Assembly (NCBI RefSeq): GCF_044324875.1
Contig: NZ_CP172185.1
DNA: 64,000 nt
Source: Escherichia coli
Lineage (GTDB): Bacteria; Pseudomonadota; Gammaproteobacteria; Enterobacterales; Enterobacteriaceae
Reading direction: 5' to 3' (one strand)
The translations under genes and the position numbers were made by a program. Position 1 is the stretch's first letter, and each line of letters begins with the position of its first letter. Positions 49,571 through 61,270 of this stretch are shown here, piece by piece. Below the pieces are notes generated by a model that saw only the letters and a program-made list of their open reading frames with translations, had not been told where the DNA came from and ran no database searches.

Positions 49571-50781
49571 TCCTTCCTCCTTTCTTTCATACGCTGCAGA
49601 TAACGTTCATAGTGCCGGGGTTTGTTCGGACTGAAGGAGAGGGTCCGACACCAGAAATCATTCTTTATGAGTGTCTTACAGATACGTCGCCAGGACGGGA
49701 TATCCCGGCTCCCCAGGTCATTCTCCTGTTCATCCGGGATGTCATCCGGGAAGCCCCGCGTCTGATACCAGCGCAGGTAGACAGCAATTTTATTACGGTA
49801 ATGTTCTGCCGTTCTTTCCGGCATCACATCCAGCAGGAACATCGCATAGCTACGCCAGGTATGATGAGGTGGCTTCGTGATACGCTTACGCAGGGCAAAA
49901 TAGGCACCGCTCTCATTGGCATAAAGCGCCCCGCTGGCAGCACCCGACACCCGCTCACACATCCTGGCCCAGGTTTCCGGCTCCAGAACATGGTAAAGCC
50001 ACAGTCCCTTACGCTGTTCCGGGCCAAAAGGCTCACAGACCCGCATGTTGCGTAACGGCACGCCGGCACGGTACATCAGGTCATACAGGGGATTGTAGAT
50101 AGCCCGGGTTCTGGCGTTATATATCCATATATCACGGGCTTTCCAGTCATACAACGGATACAAGGTGTAATAAAACCCTTCAGGTGACGCTGTGGTCCAG
50201 GGTTTATCATCTGCATATCTCAGTTTGCGCTGAGACACCAGTCCCATAAAGCGATTGAGCGATTCATCAGCACGAACACCAGTCAGTATTGCCACTCCAC
50301 ACCGGTTACCGGCAAACCAGGAAGAAAATGCCGGAACAAATTCTTCAAACGTCATGGCATACCGATAAAATGGGAAATACGACATATCTGTAATAGCGTC
50401 ATCTGGTGGCTGACGAACCCACTCCACACCTGGTTCCCAGCATATCCATTCCGGCTGAAACTGAGAGACACCGTTTACCGTAGTCAGGGGGAGTGCCACC
50501 CAGTAAAAGGTATCCGTCACATCCCGGTACATTTCCCGCATCTTCTGAACATGTTCAATGGTGCACTGATACTGAGCTTCCCAGTCAATGAATAATACAG
50601 AGAAACGACGTTTCTTCCTGCGAGCCACATCAGCCGCAAGATGGAGCAGCACAGTGGAGTCTTTTCCTCCGGAAAAAGACAAACAGACAGAAGAGAATGT
50701 TTCAAACAACCATTCAATACGGCGAATAGAAGAATGAAATACATCATCCTCTTTTATTATCTTTCGTATAGTTCCTGACAT
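49555..50781 (-). CDS. PAPS-reductase-like (DUF3440) protein (IbrA/YbdN-like)
   Basis: 408 aa; SGGKDS PP-loop motif near the N-terminus; paired with the ParB-like gene. Confidence 0.6.
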   Translation of the reverse strand: MSGTIRKIIKEDDVFHSSIRRIEWLFETFSSVCLSFSGGKDSTVLLHLAADVARRKKRRFSVLFIDWEAQYQCTIEHVQKMREMYRDVTDTFYWVALPLTTVNGVSQFQPEWICWEPGVEWVRQPPDDAITDMSYFPFYRYAMTFEEFVPAFSSWFAGNRCGVAILTGVRADESLNRFMGLVSQRKLRYADDKPWTTASPEGFYYTLYPLYDWKARDIWIYNARTRAIYNPLYDLMYRAGVPLRNMRVCEPFGPEQRKGLWLYHVLEPETWARMCERVSGAASGALYANESGAYFALRKRITKPPHHTWRSYAMFLLDVMPERTAEHYRNKIAVYLRWYQTRGFPDDIPDEQENDLGSRDIPSWRRICKTLIKNDFWCRTLSFSPNKPRHYERYLQRMKERRKEWGIL

Positions 50782-51312
50782 GTTGTATATAACAAAAATT
50801 AAAGAACTAATTAATATTTTGAATTATAATAAATAAACACTTTGAACGACAATGAAACTCTTTTGACTTAAAATTAGTTTGTATTCTTCTTAAAAATCAA
50901 ACCTGTGTCAACGCTGCCCCAATAGATACCACCAATTAAAACCATAGAAAAAACCACTAATACTCTTATTTATTACGGTTATTTAATCTATTGATTAAGG
51001 CTGAATTTAATATAATTTATTGCTGTGTTTTTACAAACATTTAGCATGATTGAACAAGTCATCCCGTTTTTTTCATGAAATGATTGATAGAAAGCTGAAC
51101 AGTACAGAATGATGTATCAGGGGACTCGTCATTTTTCCCAGCCTCAGAGTCTGTCTGAACGCTTTTACCACATTTTCTGTCTGCAGGGCTGCCGCCATTC
51201 TGGTTGTGTTATCAGACGCAGTAGCCGTTCTATCCGTCTGGAGGTGCCGGTAGCTGCCTATGTGGCAAGATTGCGTTGCATTTCGCTAGCGCGTCATCAG
51301 CGCCATGTTTCC

Positions 51313-52253
51313 TTAATATCCATCGCTGACCCTCCCGGGTTCACCTGTGTACGATCCGGAGACATGGTAGACAGGTGTTCGGGGACATGGTGAACACTTT
51401 TTAACATTCTTTGCCATGGTGATCGACTTATTTTTCAGGTCGATCACCCCCACTTTTGTACTGTACCACCAGACTTCATACTGACCGTCTTCCTGCGTCT
51501 CCTTCAGCCCCAGGCGTTCATTTCTGAATGCCTTGCCCGCACTCAGACTGACACCTCTCAGACTCAGTTTACCCCTGATATCCACCTTCCTGACTACCAC
51601 ACCCTCGTCATACTCCGGCGGCTCTACATTGCTCCTGAACTGTCGCGCTGACGGCTGATACCGTGAGGCAGGAACAGCCATATCCAGAGCTTCATGCGGG
51701 CGTTCAAGATTATAGACTGTACGCCAGTGATCGAAGGCGCGCTGCAACTCACCCGCATCTGTAAACCACTTACCCTGCAAAACTTCCGCCTTCAGACTGC
51801 GGTGAAAACGTTCCAGCTTGCCCTGCGTCTGTGGATGGTACGGGCTGGAGTGCCCCACCTTGATACCCTGACGCATCAGCCATAACTCCAGTGCCGTCCA
51901 GGTGCATCCTGTCCGGCAGTCCGTAGTGTTCAAATACGCTGACCAGCTGTTGCTGCACGGTCGTCCGTTGTTCATTGGCGCAGTGAGCCAGACACAGGGA
52001 AAAACGGGAATGATCATCCAGCAGCGTTAACGGATGGCAGCGTCCACCGCCAAAGGGAAAGTGCCCCTTAAAATCCATCTGCCAGAGCTGGTTCGGCGTG
52101 TTCGAAGCGGCCCGTCGCCGGGGCTGCCGCAACCAGACCGGGCAGAAGGCCATTGCGGGCCATCAGGTTATGCACCGTGCTGAAGGCGGGCAGAACAAAC
52201 TCAGAACGTAGTGACATGGTATCTCTCGCTTCCCTGGGCATAAGCGGCTCCAT
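51313..52253 (-). pseudogene. rve-core transposase (IS481/IS3-like), frameshifted
   Basis: Three overlapping ORFs in different frames; ...HSSPYHPQTQGKLERFHRSLK... Confidence 0.5.
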
Positions 52254-52537
52254 AAACGGGTTCTGATGCCTTAGTTGTAAGTATCAACCATGTCTCCGAA
52301 CAAGTGTTTACTATGTCTCCGCATCGTACACACCTGTCTGAGGGAGGAGACTGCCCGTCGCACTCTTTGTCTTGATTGCCGCAAATTGGCAGAGGTCGGC
52401 AACGCGAGTGTGATAAGCGTTAATGTCCCAGTGTTTTGCATACATGTCAGAACACCTTTGACTGTAAGCGCATACTGATCTTACCCACCAATAGTGGACA
52501 CAGGACTAAGTGAGTAAACTCTTAACCAGGGTGACTC

Positions 52538-52837
52538 ATGACAAAACCAGTATCAATCAGCAAGAAGCCCCGTAAACAACATACGCCTGAATTTCGTAAC
52601 GAAGCCCTGAAACTCGCTGAACGCATCGGTGTGGCCGCCACAGCCCGTGAACTCAGCCTGTATGAATCTCAGCTTTATGCCTGGCGCAGTAAACAGCAGC
52701 AACAAATGAGTTCGTCAGAGCGCGAAAGCGAACTGGCCGCTGAAAATGTCCGCCTTAAACGACAACTGGCGGAGCAGGCTGAGGAACTGGCCATCCTCCA
52801 AAAGGCCGCGACATACTTCGCGAAGCGCCTGAAATGA
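52538..52837 (+). CDS. IS3 OrfA
   Basis: 99 aa [24 protein letters not shown]... Confidence 0.85.
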   Translation: MTKPVSISKKPRKQHTPEFRNEALKLAERIGVAATARELSLYESQLYAWRSKQQQQMSSSERESELAAENVRLKRQLAEQAEELAILQKAATYFAKRLK

Positions 52838-53235
52838 AGTATGTCTTCATCGAAAATCATCGGGCAGAGTTCAGCATCAAAGCGATGTGTCGTGTACTTC
52901 GGGTTGCCCGCAGCGGCTGGTATGTCTGGCTCAGGCGTCGTCACCAGATGAGCCTGCGCCAACAGTTTCGGCTCACCTGCGATGCCGCTGTCCATAAGGC
53001 ATTCTTTGAGGCAAAGCAGCGATACGGTGCTCCCCGCCTTGCTGACGAACTGCCGGAGTTCAATATTAAAACCATTGCCGCCAGCCTGCGTCGTCAGGGG
53101 CTGCGGGCGAAAGCCAGCCGGAAGTTCAGCCCGGCCAGCTACCGTGCACATGGCCTGCCCGTATTGGAGAATCTGCTGGAGCAGGACTTCAGCGCCAGCG
53201 GCCCGAACCAGAAGTGGGTGGGTGACATCACGTAC

Positions 53236-55505
53236 TGTGTGCCCGGAGTTCAGGGCGAGCATAGACGCTCAAATGAACCACGAGTCTGTCTGGAATATTG
53301 AACCGGTAACTCACGATGAGAAACCCAACAATCCCACCGGGTGTGACGGTGGAGAACCTGAGCGGCAGTGACCTGCGGCATGCCCGCAGGGTGATGTAAC
53401 CCGCTGACAACGGGGATTGAGGCGAGATCACTAAGCCGAGATGATCCTCAAGGTTAAGTACTGAAAGGCTTAAGAATATGAACCCGTTAATCCGCCTCTG
53501 TGGGTTGAAAACGTCACCACGGCCTACGTGATCTGACAGGCCGTGCAGGAGGAACTGGCAGTGATACGTAAGCACTGCCGGTCGAAGGTGTTTTGACATG
53601 TATGCGAAACTCCGGGGCAGCAGCGTCTATCACGCTCGCGTTGCTGACTTCTGCCAACTTGCGGCAAGCAAGGATAAAGAGTGCGACGGGCAGCCTCCTC
53701 AGTATGTCTGAGTCCAGTCAGGCAAACCGGGGAAGGTCAGCGACGGATGTTAAGGGGGCATGGCTCCGATGACGCGCTGGCTGGCGGAGCTTCCGTAGTA
53801 GTCCGCGATGGGGAAAGCCCATTACATGGCGAAGGGAAGCAGTTTGAATGTGTCTGCGACGTAAATTAACTGACCTAACGAGGTGAAGACCTTTGATAAT
53901 CAGCGAAATGCAACGCAAGCTTGCCACATGGGCAGCCACCGATCCGTCCCTACGGATTCAACGGCTGCTGCGTCTGATAACACAACCAGAATGGCTGGCT
54001 GAAGCGGCGCGGATCACGCTTTCATCAAAGGGGGCGAATACCCCCGGTGTTGATGGCGTGAACAAAACAATGCTACAGGCCAGACTGGCTGTTGAGCTGC
54101 AAATCCTCAGGGATGAATTACTCTCAGGCCACTACCAGCCCTTGCCCGCCAGGCGGGTTTACATCCCTAAAAGCAATGGCAAACTGCGACCACTGGGTAT
54201 CCCCGCGTTGCGGGATCGTATTGTTCAGCGGGCCATGCTGATGGCGATGGAGCCGATATGGGAGAGTGATTTTCATACGCTCTCATATGGCTTCCGGCCT
54301 GAGCGCAGTGTCCACCACTCGATCCGCACGGTGAAATTACAGCTCACCGACTGCGGTGAAACCCGGGGACGCTGGGTGATTGAAGGCGACCTGTCCAGTT
54401 ACTTCGACACCGTACATCATCGACTGCTGATGAAGGCTGTACGCCGCAGGATCAGTGACGCACGTTTCATGACTCTGCTGTGGAAAACCATCAAGGCGGG
54501 ACATATCGATGTCGGTCTCTTTCGGGCGGCCAGTGAAGGTGTGCCACAGGGCGGTGTTATATCGCCGCTATTGTCGAACATCATGCTGAATGAGTTCGAT
54601 CAATACCTGCATGAGCGCTACCTGAGCGGGAAAGCAAGAAAAGATCGGTGGTACTGGAATAACAGTATCCAACTGGGCCGAAGTACGGCGGTCAGAGAAA
54701 ACTGGCAGTGGAAACCCGCGGTGGCGTACTGCCGCTATGCCGATGATTTTGTCCTCATCGTCAAAGGCACCAAAGCACAGGCGGAAGCCATCAGGGAGGA
54801 GTGTCGGGGTGTGCTCGAAGGCAGTCTGAAACTCAGGCTGAACATGGATAAGACTAAAATCACCCATGTTAATGACGGCTTTATCTTTCTGGGGCACAGG
54901 ATCATTCGCAAACGCAGTCGTTATGGCGAGATGCAAGTGGTCTCAACGATCCCGCTGGAGAAAGCCAGAAACTTCGCCGCATCGCTGACAGCACTGTTAT
55001 CAGGCAACTACAGTGAAAGCAAAGTCGATATGGCTGAACAACTCAACCGAAAACTGAAAGGCTGGGCCATGTTCTATCAGTTCGTTGATTTTAAGGCCAA
55101 AGTCTTCAGTTATATCGACCGTGTCGTGTTCTGGAAGCTGGCTCACTGGCTGGCCCGCAAATACCGTACAAGTATCGCTTCCCTGATGAGGTGGTGGTGT
55201 AAATCACCGAAACCGGGTCAGAGCAAAACGTGGGTTTTATTTGGTAAAACCAATCACGGCAAGCTCAGCGGCGAAATACTGTACCGGTTGGTGGGGCAAG
55301 GCAAGAAGCTGTTCCGCTGGCGGCTACCCGAAGGTAATCCCTATCTGAGGACGGAAACCAGAAAGACGTATACATCGCGCTTTACAGAAGTGGCAATGGC
55401 GTTCGCCAGCGTTTAAATGGAGAGCCGGATGCGCTGAAAGGTGCATGTCCGGTTCGGGGAGGAGAGGCAGGGAAATAGTCCGACTACGCCCTGCCTCTTA
55501 CTCTA
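53236..55505 (+). mobile_element. Bacterial group II intron with intron-encoded protein (boundaries +/- 3 bp)
   Basis: 5' TGTGTG start; IEP ORF 53893..55416; domain V-like GAGCCGGATGCGCTGAAAGGTGCATGTCCGGTTC at 55422..55455 followed by a domain VI-like stem. Confidence 0.75.
53893..55416 (+). CDS. Group II intron reverse transcriptase/maturase
   Basis: 507 aa, full length; RT motifs including YADD (CRYADDFVLIV) and a C-terminal maturase region. Confidence 0.85.
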   Translation: MIISEMQRKLATWAATDPSLRIQRLLRLITQPEWLAEAARITLSSKGANTPGVDGVNKTMLQARLAVELQILRDELLSGHYQPLPARRVYIPKSNGKLRPLGIPALRDRIVQRAMLMAMEPIWESDFHTLSYGFRPERSVHHSIRTVKLQLTDCGETRGRWVIEGDLSSYFDTVHHRLLMKAVRRRISDARFMTLLWKTIKAGHIDVGLFRAASEGVPQGGVISPLLSNIMLNEFDQYLHERYLSGKARKDRWYWNNSIQLGRSTAVRENWQWKPAVAYCRYADDFVLIVKGTKAQAEAIREECRGVLEGSLKLRLNMDKTKITHVNDGFIFLGHRIIRKRSRYGEMQVVSTIPLEKARNFAASLTALLSGNYSESKVDMAEQLNRKLKGWAMFYQFVDFKAKVFSYIDRVVFWKLAHWLARKYRTSIASLMRWWCKSPKPGQSKTWVLFGKTNHGKLSGEILYRLVGQGKKLFRWRLPEGNPYLRTETRKTYTSRFTEVAMAFASV

Positions 55506-55959
55506 CTGCGTACCGATGAGGGCTGGTTGTATCTCACAGTAGTCATCGACCTGTGGTCACGCGCCGTCATTGGCTGGTCGATGTCACCGCGAATGACAGC
55601 ACAACTGGCCTGTGATGCACGGCAAATGGCGTTGTGGCGGAGAAGACGCCCGGAAAGCGTCATTGCTCATACGGACCGTGGTGGTCAATACTGTTCAGGG
55701 GATTATCAGGCGCTGCTGAAGCGACACAACCTGCGTGGCAGTATGAGTGCGAAAGGCTACTGTTATGACAATGCCTGTGTGGAAAGCTTCTTTCATTCGC
55801 TGAAGGTGGAATGTATCCACGGGGAACGCTTTAGCAGCCGGGAAATAATGCGGGCAACGGTGTTTAATTATATCGAGTGTGATTACAATCGCTGGCGTCG
55901 TCACAGTGCCTGTGGCGGTCTCAGCCCGGAACAATTTGAAAACCATAATCTCGCTTAGG

Positions 55960-56800
<841 letters not shown>

Positions 56801-57322
56801 ATAGTTTCTCCCGTATACCGCTCATGCAACTCCCGCATTAAAATATACTGTTCCTTCCGGATAATTACGTTAAAATATACACCTGCGTGCATCTGTGTCA
56901 GACTCCGTTAGATACCAGCGTACATTGTAAACATGCCGGATGCACGCAATACAATAATCGGTCTTTTCGGAGTTATAGTCACCAGGCTGGCATCCCGTAA
57001 ATATGTATCAGGTAGCAATTCAGGAAGCGAACAAAAGCGCCTGGAGAAGGTTATCTCTGATAATAATTTACATGAAATGTCTCCTTTATTCTTCGCGAAT
57101 AAGGCCTTCAGTGTTCTCCCCTTTTCAGCAATTCTTACCGTAGTAATCACTCCTGCCTGTGTATAACACGAGAATTGCCAGAGTTTAACGTTTCGGTATC
57201 GTTATCCTGCATGATGTTGAACAGAACCGGGCGTGAATTCTGCGCCAGAATTTTCTTTCGAGGAACAGGTGATGCTGCCAACTTACTGATTTAGTGTATG
57301 ATGGTGTTTTTGAGGTGCTCCA

Positions 57323-57598
57323 GTGGCTTCTGTTTCTATCAGCTGTCCCTCCTGTTCAGCTACTGACGGGGTGGTGCGTAACGGCAAAAGCACCGCCGGA
57401 CATCAGCGCTATCTCTGCTCTCACTGCCGTAAAACATGGCAACTGCAGTTCACTTACACCGCTTCTCAACCCGGTACGCACCAGAAAATCATTGATATGG
57501 CCATGAATGGCGTTGGATGCCGGGCAACTGCCCGCATTATGGGCGTTGGCCTCAACACGATTTTACGTCACTTAAAAAACTCAGGCCGCAGTCGGTAA
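57323..57598 (+). CDS. insA: IS1 InsA (copy 2)
   Basis: Identical to copy 1. Confidence 0.9.
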
Positions 57599-58020
57599 CC
57601 TCGCGCATACAGCCGGGCAGTGACGTCATCGTCTGCGCGGAAATGGACGAACAGTGGGGCTATGTCGGGGCTAAATCGCGCCAGCGCTGGCTGTTTTACG
57701 CGTATGACAGGCTCCGGAAGACGGTTGTTGCGCACGTATTCGGTGAACGCACTATGGCGACGCTGGGGCGTCTTATGAGCCTGCTGTCACCCTTTGACGT
57801 GGTGATATGGATGACGGATGGCTGGCCACTGTATGAATCCCGCCTGAAGGGAAAGCTGCACGTAATCAGCAAGCGATATACGCAGCGAATTGAGCGGCAT
57901 AACCTGAATCTGAGGCAGCACCTGGCACGGCTGGGACGGAAGTCGCTGTCGTTCTCAAAATCGGTGGAGCTGCATGACAAAGTCATCGGGCATTATCTGA
58001 ACATAAAACACTATCAATAA
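57517..58020 (+). CDS. insB: IS1 InsB frame (copy 2)
   Basis: Identical to copy 1. Confidence 0.9.
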
Positions 58021-58412
58021 GTTGGAGTCATTACCCGAGGAACATTCCGGGTTATCTGTAGTACAGGAGGAGATTTTCTCCTATTTCAAATAAAATTCAA
58101 TGACAGGTGAATATTTAAATATAAATGCATCGCTTCAACAGAGAAATCGGAATTACGCCCGGAACCAGGCCTGAATGAATAATGGAGGAGGTAAAATAAT
58201 ATTATTGATGAAAATATCAAATTAAGTCCCCCTTCTCCTTCCCCAGCTTAAATATACTTACTTTTTCACTGGATAATATGTTATTGAATTACAAAGTTGA
58301 TCCTGATATACATGATTTCCGGCTCTTGCATCCAGTGATAACTTTATATACTCCTGCAAAGGCGAACTTCGTAAAAGTATACTTTTCTGTTGTAAGCATT
58401 GAGGTATCGAAT

Positions 58413-58637
58413 ATGAGTGAGAATACCGGAAAATCCCATGAAAATAAAATGGTTATTATTGACTGCGGGGAATATGATGAATACCTTCGTAACGCGTGGT
58501 TCCGAGGTTTTCGGGAAGGTTATGATATGGCGATGAAATTTGGATTAGGCTGCCAGCAATGTTATGAAACAGGTGAAAAAATAGCATGCGCAAGAGCTGA
58601 AGAATGCCGTAAAAAGATTAAGGTAATAAAACACTGA
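58413..58637 (+). CDS. Hypothetical small Cys-containing protein (74 aa)
   Basis: Internal Met MSENTGKSHENK with GAGGT RBS; convergent with sodC; no family recognised. Confidence 0.3.
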   Translation: MSENTGKSHENKMVIIDCGEYDEYLRNAWFRGFREGYDMAMKFGLGCQQCYETGEKIACARAEECRKKIKVIKH

Positions 58638-58765
58638 AACGGGCTGTCTGATATTTCTGTGAGCTAAAAAGACACCGTAATACAGGTATCTCACAGTAAC
58701 TGAAAGATATGCACATGCAGCCAGGGAAGATTAAGGGTAAGGGAGGATATCCCTTACCTGATTGA

Positions 58766-59290
58766 TTATGGGATGATACCACAGGCAATTCTTGCACCAC
58801 CGCCACCTAGAGGTTCAGGATGGTCATCATGATTATCACCTCCTGCGTGGAGCATTAGCGAACGGCCATCGAGCTCCTTTAATTCAGATAGTCTTGGCGC
58901 AAGCACCGGGTAGGTTGCTTTTCCGTCATGAGTGACATAAAGCGCAGGGAGATCACCCAGGTGGCCATCAGGAGACCATGGACCGAGATGCTTCCCTGTT
59001 TTTTCCGGGTCAAAGTGACCACCTGCAGATAAAGCAGCGACAGTTTTTCCATCTTTCAGGGCAGGAGCACAACTTGCGTTTTCATGTACATGAAAACCAT
59101 GAATGCCGGCGGGTAAGGAGTGAAGATCAGGGGTGAACAGCAGCCCGTAGGGTGTCTTCTGGATGGTTATTTTACCAATATTTCGCTCTTTTCCGTCACT
59201 ATCAACAAGATTCATTGTTACATCTTTGGTGGCTGCATATCCACAGGATGATGTAGCCAGAATCACAAAGGCAATAAGTTTACGTTTCAT
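58766..59290 (-). CDS. sodC: Periplasmic Cu/Zn superoxide dismutase (island-borne, divergent from chromosomal SodC)
   Basis: 174 aa; signal peptide; metal-ligand motifs HGFHVHE and [12 protein letters not shown]. Confidence 0.85.
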   Translation of the reverse strand: MKRKLIAFVILATSSCGYAATKDVTMNLVDSDGKERNIGKITIQKTPYGLLFTPDLHSLPAGIHGFHVHENASCAPALKDGKTVAALSAGGHFDPEKTGKHLGPWSPDGHLGDLPALYVTHDGKATYPVLAPRLSELKELDGRSLMLHAGGDNHDDHPEPLGGGGARIACGIIP

Positions 59291-59435
59291 AAACCCTCTG
59301 TTAACAGGTTAAAGATTTACTCAATAACTGTTGCGAAATAACAGTCAGCCAGATGATAGCTTATGATAGTTATTGAATGTGACTATCAGTGTAATTAATT
59401 ATGCAAATTAGAAGGAATGTTATGTGTGAAGCGCC

Positions 59436-59594
59436 CCTGTATCCCGCTCATACTGGCTAACCCAGACACGCAGAGTCTGTGGCGTACAGCCAGCATTTGA
59501 GGCAATGGAACAAATTACCCCAATTGTGAATCATACTCATCCTGTTTACCTCTTTCTCAGGGAGTTTAGTCTCCAGGATTCCCGGAGCAGTTCA
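59436..59594 (-). mobile_element. IS629-like right-end remnant with internal deletion
   Basis: Matches the IS629 OrfA-start/right-IR region (...CAGGGAGTTTAGTCTCCAGGATTCCCGG...GTTCA) with about 85 bp missing. Confidence 0.6.
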
Positions 59595-60210
59595 AAGTGC
59601 CCTGTGCTGCTTAAAGTGCCGCTGCATGCCACCACATGGCTGAGCAGCAACAGGTATTGTTGTTCCTTCATGTTGTTCACGCAACCAGCGTAATACCACC
59701 GGCGAGGATGGACTGTCAGTGTGATTACGTTCAGTAATACGTTCATAAAAGGAAGTTCAGAATGCATGAATCTGTTGTCCGTTGATGTTTCCTTCTGTCG
59801 AATTGTGTGTGAAGTGGACAATCAGAAAATGCGGCCAGTGATCCACTGCCTGTTGAATAAAACGCCGGATGTCTCCCGGCTCTGCAAGTAATGCTTCAGT
59901 TTCCTGCACTATTTTATCCCTGTTGAATTTTGTCAAACCGGTGCAGACACGCAGGAAAGTATGCCAGCACTGGTGTAATGCCAGTAACATACAATAAGAA
60001 TGAAATGACGAATCAGTCAGGAAAGGGTGCCCCCATTGGCAACCCATTGACTGAGCAGAGGATACAATCAGGAAGGTTAACGAGAGTATCTCCGACATCA
60101 GGGGCAGGATTGATTTCTACAATACCAGCGCCGGCATTGAGCCTGTACATAGATTTATGTAATTGCCTGATTTTGATATGTTCAATTCAACATCAAATGA
60201 AAGCTAAATT

Positions 60211-60950
60211 ATGGACGACACACAATTGCAGGCTCTGGCTAACGAACTGGCCAAAAATCTCAAAACCCCTGAAGATCTCAGTCAGTTCGATCGCCTGCTC
60301 AAGAAAATAAGTGTTGAGGCAGCTCTCAACGCTGAACTGACTCACCATCTGGGACATGAAAAAAATCAGACCAAATCGGGAACCAACTTCCGTAATGGCT
60401 ATTCCACGAAAACCGTCACCACTACCGACGGGCCGATGGAATTACGTACTCCACCTGATCGTGATGGTTCCTTCGAACCACAACTGGTGAAGAAAAATCA
60501 GACCCGCATTACCGGCATGGACAACCAGATCCTGGCGCTGTATGCCAGAGGGATGACTACCCGCGAAATTACCTCAGCCTTCAAAGAAATGTACGACGCC
60601 GATGTCTCGCCCACGCTGATATCCAAAGTGACCGATGCGGTTAAAGAACAGGTCTCTGAATGGCAAAACCGACCGTTGGATGCACTGTATCCCATTGTTT
60701 ATCTTGACTGTATTGTGGTTAAGGTTCGTCACAGCGGGAGTGTCATTAACAAAGCGGTGTTCCTCGCGCTGGGAATCAATACCGACGGTCAGAAAGAGCT
60801 GCTGGATATGTGGCTGGCCGAAAATGAAGGTGCAAAGTTCTGGCTGAATGTACTGACGGAACTGAAAAATCGCGGCCTGAACGATATCCTTATCGCCTTC
60901 GTGGACGGCCTGAAAGGCTTCCCGGAAGCGATTAATGCCGTCTATCCCAT
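60211..60950 (+). pseudogene. IS256-family (IS1414-like) transposase, 3'-truncated
   Basis: 263 aa ORF matches the N-terminal two-thirds of IS1414-type Tnp; diverges just after AINAVYP. Confidence 0.65.
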
Positions 60951-61181
60951 AAAGCCGGATACGCTCATTTTGGGCGGGATCTCCACAAGCATATGGATAT
61001 GATCTGCACAGCACTCAGCTTCAAGAATCCGTACACTTTTCCACTCACACAGCTTTCTCAAAATAATGCCTGTTGCTTTACGCTTCTCTCTGTAGAACAC
61101 TTTTCTTCGGTATTTTGGCGCAAAAACTATGTGATATTTACAGTTCCATCGGGTATGCGCTAAGCTCTTTTCGTTCCCCAT
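60942..61181 (-). pseudogene. IS200 TnpA N-terminal fragment
   Basis: MGNEKSLAHTRWNCKYHIVFAPKYRR...HIHMLVEIPPKMSVSGFMG; 3' half missing. Confidence 0.7.
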
Positions 61182-61270
61182 TGGGACCCCCTTTTGATTT
61201 CTTGTTTGACACTTGCAGTTGCCAGACCGCAAGGTGTTTTAACAAATCAAAAGGGGTTTTAATAACTGGC

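Larger units (their letters stand above)
52834..55958 (+). pseudogene. IS3 OrfB interrupted by the group II intron (coding parts about 52834..53235 and 55506..55958)
   Basis: Would be restored by intron splicing or loss. Confidence 0.8.
57268..58035 (+). mobile_element. IS1 copy 2, 9-bp target duplication CGAGGAACA (coordinates +/- 1 bp)
   Basis: Same ends and ORFs as copy 1; CGAGGAACA on both sides. Confidence 0.85.

Noticed and set aside
49552-50055. 167-aa plus-strand ORF
   Set aside because: Antisense to the PAPS-reductase-like gene.
59757-60098. 113-aa minus-strand ORF between the IS629 remnant and the IS1414-like fragment
   Set aside because: No RBS or family recognised; may be a gene fragment but evidence is insufficient to call it.
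60935-60952. EAST1 toxin gene astA
   Set aside because: Only five codons before a stop; the remainder of the IS1414-like element is missing.
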